Part shown: positions 30,101-39,593 of the stretch, one piece after another
Numbering within the stretch: the first letter of the stretch is position 1
Layout of the letters: the number at the start of each line of letters is the position of its first letter
Origin: Malassezia furfur
Taxonomy: Eukaryota
NCBI GenBank assembly: GCA_052055015.1
Contig: JBQJIT010000035.1
DNA: 46,496 nt
Reading direction: 5' to 3' (one strand)
The notes under the pieces: model-generated
The model's database searches: none
What the model was told of the DNA's origin: nothing
Seen by the model: the letters and a program-made list of their open reading frames with translations, nothing else
Made by a program: the position numbers and the translations under genes

Positions 30101-31783
30101 ATGGACGCCCACGACGTGCTCCTCCTGGGCACGGGCGTGCCGGAGGCCGTGCTAAGCGCCGCCCTGAGCCGTGCAGGCAAGCGCGTCGTGCATGTAGACG
30201 CCAACGAATACTACGGGTCTGACTGGGCGAGTCTCACGCTCAAGGAACTGCTCGCCTGGGCACACGCCCACGGCGCCCACGTCGCATTCCCCCGACACGG
30301 CGAACTCACTGACGCGCTCGCGCGCCTCGACCGGCACTATTCGCTATCGGTGCGCCCTGCTCTGCTCCCTGCGCACGGTCCAATGATCGAGGCGCTCGTT
30401 CGCTCCAATGTCGCGGCTTATGCGACCTTCCGCCTGCTCGACCGCACAGGTGTCTACGACCGTGCGTCACACCGAGTCGAACGCGTGCCGAGCAGCAAGA
30501 GCGAGATCTTTCGGCACAAGGGCATCTCACTTGCGGACAAACGCCGGCTCATGCGCTTCCTTCAGCTCGCCATGGGCACCGACGCCAACGACTCGGCCTT
30601 GGCATCCCGCAAACACGAGGCACTCTCCACGGTGCTCGCGTCGCTCCAGCTGGATGCACGCCTCACAAAGGCCGTGCAGTACGGCGTGTGTCTTGCATGG
30701 GATGACAGCGAGCGCGCCGACACGGCACTCGCCCGCACGCACCAGGCACTCGCAGGGCTCGGCCGCTACGGCGACGCTGCCTACCTCGTGGGGCAGTACG
30801 GCGGCGCCGGCGAGCTTGCGCAGGGCTTCTGCCGTGCATCAGCAGTCAAGGGCGCCACATTTGTCCTAGGCCATGCGATCAAGTCGCTGGAGCACGACGG
30901 CAAGCAATGGTTGCTCCGCTTGGACGGCATCGACGAGGTGTTTAGCGCGACGCAGCTCGCGTGTGCACCGGAGGCGTATGCCGCCGCGACTGGCGAGGCT
31001 ACTGCGGCACCCGCCCCGTCTCTTTACGAGCATATGGCGATTGTGGTGGTCGATGCACCGATCGATTGGGAGCGCATGGGCGACGACCCATCGACCCCAG
31101 AAACCGCACTGTTAGTCCTTCCACCAGGCTCGGTCGAGGGGGCGGAGAATGCCGTGATGGTGCTCATGCAGGGCGAGGGCACCTTTTCGTGTCCCAAGGG
31201 GCAATACGTGTACTACCTCGTGACGTATGCAAAGGACGACAAGGCTTCTACACTTCAACCTGCGATCGACATGCTCATGTCGCTTCTTCAGTCGCCTACG
31301 TCCGACACAGACACACAGGCTGCCCAAGAAACAGCGGGCGATGCACCAACCGATTCGACTGCATCAACGTCAGCCTCGGCGCCCACATCGTCTCTGCCGA
31401 CGCCGCTCCTGACGCTCACCTATGCGCGCCTGATTCCGGATCGAGACCATGCCGCCCCGTCGCGACCGTTTGTGGATACTCGGATGCTTCCTGTGCCGAC
31501 GCAGCCCTTTTCGCTGTTTGCTGAACCACGTGGACCGTTCCAAGCGGTGCCCAACCTAACCGAGACACTCGATCTCGCTGTCGAACAGGCCGAGGAGGCC
31601 TTCTGGCAGCTATATACCCCGGAGGCCCGCGAGGCGGCCCTGTCCGTCGCTGCTGCGCGTCGTCAATTCCACGACCCAGCTGACTACCAGGGTCGTGGCG
31701 GCGCCGAACCCGACATTACAAAAGCGCCACCGCGCACGGACGTTGAATTTTTCGCGCCACGCGAAGACGACGACGAGAGCTGA
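30101..31783 (+). CDS. MRS6: Rab escort protein (REP/GDI superfamily, Rab geranylgeranyltransferase component A)
   Basis: HDVLLLGTG..EAVLSAALSRAGKRVVHVDANEYYG, DKRRLMRFL, YGGAGELAQGFCRASAVKGA, CPKGQ. Confidence 0.88.
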   Translation: MDAHDVLLLGTGVPEAVLSAALSRAGKRVVHVDANEYYGSDWASLTLKELLAWAHAHGAHVAFPRHGELTDALARLDRHYSLSVRPALLPAHGPMIEALVRSNVAAYATFRLLDRTGVYDRASHRVERVPSSKSEIFRHKGISLADKRRLMRFLQLAMGTDANDSALASRKHEALSTVLASLQLDARLTKAVQYGVCLAWDDSERADTALARTHQALAGLGRYGDAAYLVGQYGGAGELAQGFCRASAVKGATFVLGHAIKSLEHDGKQWLLRLDGIDEVFSATQLACAPEAYAAATGEATAAPAPSLYEHMAIVVVDAPIDWERMGDDPSTPETALLVLPPGSVEGAENAVMVLMQGEGTFSCPKGQYVYYLVTYAKDDKASTLQPAIDMLMSLLQSPTSDTDTQAAQETAGDAPTDSTASTSASAPTSSLPTPLLTLTYARLIPDRDHAAPSRPFVDTRMLPVPTQPFSLFAEPRGPFQAVPNLTETLDLAVEQAEEAFWQLYTPEAREAALSVAAARRQFHDPADYQGRGGAEPDITKAPPRTDVEFFAPREDDDES

Positions 31784-31787
31784 GTAG

Positions 31788-34179
31788 CTACAGATACTGT
31801 GTACGGAACGGGTACTCTGCCTGGATGCGACCTGTCGCCTGAGCATCGGGCAAGCGTTGGCCTAGCTCTTCGACCAGCTCCGTGAGAGTTGCTGGCGTCG
31901 CGTGGGTGTGCCAGAATGCCAGAAGCGGCTGTACGGCAAGCAACGCCAAGCGCGACGCGAGATTCGGTTCGGTTCGCGTGTCATACTGCTGCAGGCGTTG
32001 CCAGAAGGGCCGATCGGCGGGGAAGCGCACGAGACGCAGGTCTGCCGACAATGCAGTGTCCTCTCCGGTGCCTACACGCCCACATCCGGGGCGAAGAAGC
32101 GCGGTGGCAGCCTCCTCCGAGATCCCGAGCTTCTGCTGGAGTTCCTTGATCTCGGCTTGCAGCGTAAGGGCGGTGGCGTACATCGATGCATCCCAGAGTC
32201 CCCCGATCGCATCAATCAGGCCACGGCCATAGTCCAGCTTGAGATCCGCCGCAAGTGCTGCTTTTTGCGTGTCCTCCAACTCGACATCCGGTGCGTCGAT
32301 TTCGGTGTCTCTGATAATGCGCACCACATCAATGCCCGACTCGTTCGCAGAGGTCTCGGTAGACCAAGACGTAAGGGGCATGGGTGGTGCACCCGCCTTA
32401 AACGGTGCAAGCAGCTTGTCCACTTGGGCGTTCGGCCCATCGCACTCGGTCCATGCGGCCAGTCCTGTCCACACACGGCCGCCTGCGAGCTGGCGCAGCG
32501 CCGCATCGGAAATGCCGCGACCTTCGCGAACCTTTCCAAGGAAGTCGGCATATGTCTCATCAATATGGCGTGCCATGCGCTGCTTTTGGGCCTCGTCCAG
32601 CACCTGCAGCGAGCTCTGAGCCGTAGACCCAGTGAAGATCGTCTGCACGTGCATCTGGAGACGGTCCAGCAGCGTCTGTGTCACGGTCGGCCGCAATGCA
32701 GCGACGCCAATGCTGCCCGTGATGGTGCTTTCGTTGGCGAAGATGGCATCGGCCGCACTGGCGACGTAGTAGGCACCGCTGGCTGCCGCATTGCCAAAGG
32801 ACGCCACGATCGGCTTTTTGTGCTCTTGCCGCATCCGACGCACAGCGTCCCACAGTGTCTCGCTCGCGACCACATCGCCTCCTCCCGAGTCGATGCGCAA
32901 CACGACCGCCTTGATCTCAGGATCGGCAGCTGCCTCTTTCAGACCTTGAAGGGCGGCACTCACCGAGTTGGGACCGGACATCTGGCTTATGCCTCCCAAC
33001 AGGTACACGACGCCGATCTTCACCACCTGGTCCTTGCTAAGCGTCTTTTGCAAGGTGCGTTCACTCAACTGTACATAATGCGCCAGTGTCTTCCACCGCT
33101 TTGTGCTCTCCACCTCGTCCTCGTCGTCGGAGGGTTTCGGCACAAGCTCTTGCACAATTTCGCGTTTGAAACGCGTGCCATCGATGAGACCAGCCTGTTC
33201 TGCTTCACGCGCCGAGAATGGCCCTCGGCACGCGAGCTCCGCAACGTGCTCTGCAGCGGTCTGTGCGTCGAGTTTGGGGAACCGATTGGCACCCACGGAA
33301 TGTGCATACCCATGGTTCAAGTCGCCGAGAAGGTCTGCTTGGTTCGCGAGCTGCTCGGGCGTGAGTGAATCGGTCTCCGTGAAGGGGGACACCATTGACT
33401 TGTACTGTTCGCGTGCCTCGGAATGCACCTTGATGCCCGCCCAGTTGAGCAGCCGCTTGAAGAAGGGCATTTGTGAAGCCAAACCCACCAAAGGCACCTG
33501 CCCTGTCGGCTGCATGTAGACACGCTCAAAGCCGCTCGCAAGCAGATAGTGTCCTTGACTGGAGAACGTGTCCGTCCATGCAACTGTGGATGTCGTATCC
33601 GTACCAAATTGCTCGTGCTTCGCCTCGCGGAATTCATGCTGGGATTAGAGAGAGACCTACCAAGGCCTGGAGAAGCTCCTCAATCTGCGCCAGTCCGAGC
33701 CGCTTGGGCGTCACCGAGGTTGGGACGTGAAGCGAACTAAAGTCCGCAAACAGTCCCCGCACGCGTGGGTCGCGCTGGGCGTACTTAAGTGCACGGAGCA
33801 CCTCGTACAACTCGAGCACCCTGGGCGGATCGTCGCCCGGTGAGGTCGGCGCCAGGAGCTGTCCGAGTGAAGGAGCATTGCGTGATTCCACGATGGCGCC
33901 GTCGTGAACCTTCCATACAAGGTACGTTTCAGGATAGACATAGTCGCGCAGGTACACCTCTCGTCGCGCGGCTACGTACTGTACGCCAAAGCTGGTCAAT
34001 ACAAGTGCCACCACAAGGGGCCGGCGGTACATCCAAGCGCCACGCGCAACGGATCCGAGCTGCGACTGCGCCCATTTTTCTCCGCGAGCATACGCGCGAG
34101 GGAAGCGGCGTTGCACGAATTTTGCCAGTGGCCCGGGCTCACTTGCGCCGGGTGCACGACTCTCCGAGGGTGTGGTCAT
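31788..34179 (-). CDS. SppA-like (protease IV, S49) peptidase with two S49 modules and an N-terminal TM segment. Intron 33639-33660 (22 nt)
   Basis: DPRVRGL, YLLASGFERVYMQPTG, YKS, AVVLRIDSGGGDVVASE, SFGNAAASGAYY, TITGSIGV, GGRVWTG, GLIDAIGG. Confidence 0.88.
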
Positions 34180-35103
34180 GAGCAACCTCCACCTAGAAAT
34201 TCAGGTCCGAGACTGGTGCAAGATCTGTCAAACTTCGTTGAGCAACGAACAGACACACTCTCAAACGAGTAGCATTCACGGCAAGGTAGACATGTCGTAC
34301 TTCTGGCACAATTTAACAACAATACTTCACTTTTAGCCCATGCCAAGCCATGGGAGGGTCTTGGCCCATAGATCGATTGGCCGAAGCGCGCTAACAACGT
34401 GTCTTGGCAGCCGCACGTTGTGTATCATGACCAAATCTGCAGTCATTCATAGAGGAAAGTCCAAACTATTTAAAGAGAAGTATGGTGCGTGACTAGTTCT
34501 TCTGCTCTAGCTTCTTAGCCGCCACCCGCCAACGCCGCACAATACATGTGGGTGTCGCATTGGGAAGGCTTAGACCAGGAACATATTCACCGCGACGTAG
34601 CCTCATCGATCGTAGTCACCGCCACATGCATGAAGACTGCAGCTTGTCGTATTCGTCCAGATTGACCCGTAGGCGTAGTTTGTAACCAGCCTGTAGGGTA
34701 CAGTGCACTGCCACAGCGGCGTAATCCAATCGTGCGAGCAAATCCAAGATCCAAAATCGCGAAGCTTTTTGAGCTAATAGATTGCGCGCATTGCCTAGGC
34801 TAGACTTCCAGTCCCGAACATAAATCGCCGCATACCACGTCGATCCCAAGTAGCACCGCCATGACAATCCTTGGAATCCAATTTTTTGTGCGAGATCGCA
34901 ATACAGCGCTCACCGCCCACTCTTGGCATCATAGCACTTCGACTCCCAGCACCCCCCTGTTTGGTGTGCGCAGTTCCTTTTCATCGCCGCGGGGAGCTCT
35001 GCCTCTTCATCGCCTGCTGGAGTGCATAGCCAACGTATGTAGCCTTGGGATCATAAAAGGCGGCCCATCGGCTTTCCTAAACCGCATTCCACACAATCAG
35101 AAC

Positions 35104-36082
35104 ATGTTGTACTCGCGCAAAGCTGCTCTGGCACTCGGCACTGCTCTTCTGGCCTCCTCTCTGGTTTCTGCTGGTCCCATCTCGGACCAGCGGGGGCCCG
35201 CACAGGTCACAGACCTGCATGGACCCGACCACAGGGCCGACCCCGTGAAGCGCAGCGATTCGCACCCTAGCGGAAAGCCTCCAGGGAAGCCGCTGGGACC
35301 GATGCAGGGTCATGAAGATCATGACTCGATCCCGGGCAAGGGCAAACGCTCTGAGGTGCACTGGATGCCCCATGGTCAAGGCGAAAAGCCGTCCGGCAAG
35401 CCGCCTGCTCCTAAGCCGGGCCACAACAAGCGCTCGAACGACAATGACGAGCACATGCCATCGGGCTCGCCGCCATCGGGCTCGCCGCCTTCGGGCTCGC
35501 CGCCGTCAGGACCTCGCCCGTCCGGAAAGCCTCCTGGTGCGAAGCCCAGTAACGTGAAGCGTTCGGATGACGAGGAACACCAGCCTCCCAAGCCGTCTGG
35601 CAAGCCCAAGGGTCCTCCGCCTTCTGGCAAGCCNNNNNNNNNNNNNNNNNNNNNNNNNNNNNNNNNNNNNNNNNNNNNNNNNNNNNNNNNNNNNNNNNNN
35701 NNNNNNNNNNNNNNNNNNNNNNNNNNNNNNNNNNNNNNNNNNNAAGCCCAGTAACGTGAAGCGTTCGGATGACGAGGAACACCAGCCTCCCAAGCCGTCT
35801 GGCAAGCCCAAGGGTCCTCCGCCTTCTGGCAAGCCTCCTGGTGCGAAGCCCAGCAACGTGAAGCGTTCGGACGATGAGGAGCACCAACCTCCCAAGCCGT
35901 CTGGCAAGCCATCGGGCAAGCCTCCGTCTGGTCCTCCTCCGTCAGGCAAGCCCCAGGATGGCAAGCCTGGCCACTCGAAGCGTGCCGAGGAGAATCACGA
36001 GCCCTCGGGCAAACCGCGTGGTTCTCCCGCCAAGCCTTCGGGTAAGCCCCGTGGCCCAAACCGCGGAGACAACAGCTCGTGA
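35104..36082 (+). CDS. Secreted Kex2-processed repeat protein (KEP-like), precursor of Pro/Lys/Gly/Ser-rich peptides; spans an assembly gap
   Basis: Signal-peptide-like MLYSRKAALALGTALLASSLVSA. Seven visible KR sites, each followed by an acidic His-containing head and PSGKP motifs. Confidence 0.8.
35542..35930 (+). repeat. 102-bp coding tandem repeat (KPSNVKRSDDEEHQPPKPSGKPKGPPPSGKPPGA)
   Basis: Copies start at 35542, 35744 and 35846. Copy number is unresolved because of the gap. Confidence 0.9.
35634..35743. other. Assembly gap (110 N)
   Basis: Run of N inside the 102-bp repeat array. Confidence 0.99.
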
Positions 36083-36841
36083 ATGTCTTCTCATGAACAT
36101 CTCAAGTCTCAGCGTTTCAGCCTCGGCCCACCCGTATAGAAATTGCTTGTACAGACCTTTGCTTTTTTCTTCGTAGTTGAATAGACCATTGCTTTTTTGT
36201 TTTTCTTTTATCTCATGATTAGGTCTGCGTCTTCCCAGCCTGATGGAACTTTCTTGATGATTTCATCTCAAGTACAAATTAGGTCTTGTATGTTCGGTGA
36301 TGCGGGGTTGCCAACCCACTGGTGTGGAGGTGCTTGTACAAAAGATATAGCTACGGCCGGATCTTGAATCGCGTCAGCTTGGTTCACGCTGTATTGTCAT
36401 CGCCACATGCCAGTAACGAGGGGAATGGCAGTGTGCATGGACCACCCCAGAAGCTCTGACATCTGATTCGAGCGCTCGGGCGGGATCTGGACATTGACAC
36501 TCAGTATAGGCTAGATCAGGTTAAAGGGTACTGCCGCGACACCCAGTTTGCATTGGGCGTTTACCAAATGAGGTGCTTACGATGCCGTCTAGTTCCCAGC
36601 AAGGAAATAGCGTACAGCACGGACCACTTTAGCGTCAAACCTCCGCGCCAAAATGCACGCCTCTTGGCGTCCACAGCCTCATTGCCACGTGCTCAGCTGC
36701 AGGGGTGAATCGGGGCAGAACCCCCCTCGCAGAGGCTCGCACTGCCCAGGTGCGGGGAAGCGGGAGCAGAGACTACACATAAAAGTCGGGCCTTAGGCAC
36801 GGAGGGAGCCTCACGCTGGCCGTCTAGCCGATTCCATCACA

Positions 36842-37564
36842 ATGTCCTCCTTCCGCAAAGTCGCTCTGCTCTTTATCGCTGCCATACTCGCTACCTCGGT
36901 TGCAACTGCTTCGGCATCTGCCTCGCACGCGCATGGATCACTCCAGGGCATGCGCATCCACCGCCGCGCTGATGCTGGTCGTCAGCTGCGTGCGCGCGAG
37001 GCCGAGAACAATGTTCAGCTGCGCGAGATGTACAGCGAGTTTGTCTCCAAGGCGTTGCGCGAGAAGCGCGAGCCCGTGTCGTTTGAAGAGTTCCTGAAGC
37101 ACCCCAAGGTTGCCAAGCGCGGCTTTTGGGATCCTTTCGGCGATGATGACGGCAATTCGTCGTCGAGCTCGAGTTCTACCATGAGTTCGAGCGCTAGCTC
37201 GAGTGCCAGCTCGACTGCGAGCAGCGGAGGCGGCTCGGACGATGACTCGTACACGGGCCAGGCTACCTACTACACGCCCGGCATGGGCGCCTGCGGGAAG
37301 TCGAGCAGCTCGTCGGACATGATTGTCGCGGTTTCGCACACGCTCTTCGACAAGTACTCCAAGAGTGGAAACCCCAACGATAACGAGCTTTGCGGCAAGA
37401 AGATCAAAGCTACCTACGGAGGCAAGTCGACGACAGTTACTGTTGTCGACCGGTGCACTGGATGCAAGGAGACGGACCTCGACTTTTCGCCCAGTGCGTT
37501 CACAAAGCTTGCGTCCAAGTCCAAGGGCCGCTTGCACGATATGAAGTGGTCTTTTGTTGAATAA
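36842..37564 (+). CDS. Secreted RlpA-like double-psi beta-barrel (expansin/loosenin/Asp f 7-like) protein
   Basis: Signal peptide, pro-region ending in KR, Ser-rich linker, then GQATYY..GMGACG, IVAVS, CGKKI, VTVVDRCTGC...DLDFSPSAF. Confidence 0.88.
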   Translation: MSSFRKVALLFIAAILATSVATASASASHAHGSLQGMRIHRRADAGRQLRAREAENNVQLREMYSEFVSKALREKREPVSFEEFLKHPKVAKRGFWDPFGDDDGNSSSSSSSTMSSSASSSASSTASSGGGSDDDSYTGQATYYTPGMGACGKSSSSSDMIVAVSHTLFDKYSKSGNPNDNELCGKKIKATYGGKSTTVTVVDRCTGCKETDLDFSPSAFTKLASKSKGRLHDMKWSFVE

Positions 37565-37707
37565 AGGGCAGCATGCTGGCATGCCGACCCTATGTCTATT
37601 TCTGTTTTGTTTCTTTGCTTGTATCATTTCTTCCCCTTACGACTATATGTAGACTGCGTGTTGACCGCTGGACGGCTTGCAGAAATTGATTTGATTTACG
37701 TCAAGTA

Positions 37708-39088
37708 TTAATCGGAATCGTCGTCGCTCCGCGAGTCGATGGCACCCGCGTTAGTCAAGACGCGGTAGGCCACTTTGAGAATCATACCGAACCAAATCAA
37801 CAAGATGCTTTGCAGGACTCCGAGCAGTGTGATGAACATGACATAGAGGGCTGGTGTGAAGGCATAACCGGCCTGCAGGTCCACTGGAGAGCGGTAGGGG
37901 ATCAGGCGGGGCGCATCGTAGATGCACGTCACCATGACGAACATGTAGCAAACGTGTCGCGTAATGGTCCACGAAATCATAAAGGCGCCAAACATAGCAT
38001 CACAGATGGTCTGCCAGCCCATGTATTTCAGCATTTTAGCAAGCTTGGTAAGCCCGGGAGATACATACAGCCAAAAGAATGTCACTCGGATCCATCAACA
38101 GGAGGATCACCAAGCCGATTCGCCAGAAACAGCATACATATGAACCGCCGATCAACATCATTGTGACGATGTGGTGTACCGTCATTTGAACGTAGTCAGA
38201 GCGGCGAGCTTCAATGTTGATAACAAAGAGCTGGTGAATGTAGTTGGACGCCTCCCACAGGTATACAGCCTTGGTCAGTCCGTCCATGGTCGTGTGGGGA
38301 TATCCAGCCCAGAGTTGCTCAGGGTTCCAAAGCCAGAATGGCTGTCGTCGTGACACCGTCTTGGTTAGCAAAAAGACACATACCACCACAAGCATGAGCG
38401 ACGTAGCATACAAGAGAAAGATCCAGAATTGCTCGGCAAACCGATCAATGCTGCGATAATACTTGCGCTGGTGGCCTGCTTGCACCCATTTCTCTGGCGG
38501 AGGCCGCTTGACCAGACGGCGCGCAGTAGGAAGAAGCAGAACAGACATCAGGACCCCACGAAGGGCTAGCAACGCAACACCCCATGTCACAGCGAACAGT
38601 GCGTCGCGCGGATCACGCTTATACAGCAGTGACGGAGCGTAGGTCATGTCAGACACCTTACTTTTGCCAAAAACATGAGCAACCTGATTCCAGGTACTGG
38701 CGAAGCCGTTGTGTGCTTTGCCTGTTACGTTTTCGGTGCCACCAGAAAGGAAGAGACATGCATGCGTCGCACTATGCACACGCGAGCAGACATGCGTCAT
38801 CGTCGCCTCGGTCGGGCGTTGTGCAATCCCGTACTTGCTCAAGAACGTCCATACAGGTTCATAGCGCGACAACGTATGGCAGTTCTCGGGCTTTGTTGAC
38901 CAGTAGAGACCGGCGAGCACCGCAATGATCAGCAGAGACACAATCGTACCCCACCGACTAGCTGCTGCGCGGAGCTGGTCGGGCGATACGGCCTTTACGA
39001 CACTTCCTGGCTTTTCGTGATGCTTAGTGGATGCCGCTGTGCGCTTGGCGACATTTTTTTTACCTGATTTCTTGTTCTTCTTGGGCAT
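37708..39088 (-). CDS. LAG1: Ceramide synthase (Lag1/Lac1, TLC domain). Introns 38360-38383 and 38044-38068, both with AAG acceptors
   Basis: RFAEQFW and the Lag1 motif EARRSDYVQMTVHHIVT...MDPSDILLA-LAKMLKY. C-terminal DSRSDDD. Confidence 0.9.
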
Positions 39089-39534
39089 CGACGTAGTAGA
39101 CACGTACGCTCGAGCCAGTTAGTCTTCGCGCTGCACGCCTGTGCTATGCGTCAATCACGCCAATTGGTACCGATCTTATATGCGGCCACGTGCGCCGACG
39201 CGCGCACAGAATATTCTCACCGCCCCAAAGGCAATTGAATCGGGTCAAGCTGTCAGCCAGCCGAACCCGCCAGCCGAATCTATTGGAGATGCACAAATGG
39301 GCGGCCAGATAGTAGAGAGAATTGATGGCTTCGCAGCAAAATCCTACGATGGCTAGGATCACGTAGACTAGCGCCAGCAAACGAGGCCAAATCTTAAGCG
39401 AGCTCATCCATCTTTACCAGATTGCTGCGCGTTCTAGGCATTTACCTCGATTTCACTGCCTGTAAAACATATAGTCGCAAGCACTGAGTGCCTTTCCTTA
39501 CGTTCTTTCTCACTGACCGCTACAACACCTGCAG

Positions 39535-39542
39535 TGAGTCAT
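39535..39542. promoter_or_regulatory. Gcn4/CpcA-type site TGAGTCAT upstream of PRO2
   Basis: ATGACTCA on the minus strand, 52 bp before the ATG of an amino-acid biosynthesis gene. Confidence 0.55.
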
Positions 39543-39593
39543 CCGCTAGAGACGTGCAGCGCTCGACACCTCGGCCGAACCTCTTGGAAGACG

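Noticed and set aside
33584..33604. Possible 21-nt intron gtacgg...cacag in the SppA-like gene
   Set aside because: In frame, no clear branch point, and it translates sensibly (FGTDTTSTVAW). Treated as coding.
34861..35103. Upstream in-frame ATG extending the KEP-like ORF by 81 aa
   Set aside because: It would bury the signal peptide, and a TATA-like CATAAAAG at 35052 lies inside it, which favours the ATG at 35104.
35634..35743. Apparent frameshift in the KEP-like gene
   Set aside because: It is caused by the estimated gap size. Flanking units are 202 bp apart, and a true gap of 10+102n bp keeps the frame.
35542..35930. Repeat arrays as CRISPR or transposon repeats
   Set aside because: They are in-frame coding tandem repeats without unique spacers. 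No cas, transposase, LTR or TIR was seen anywhere in the window.
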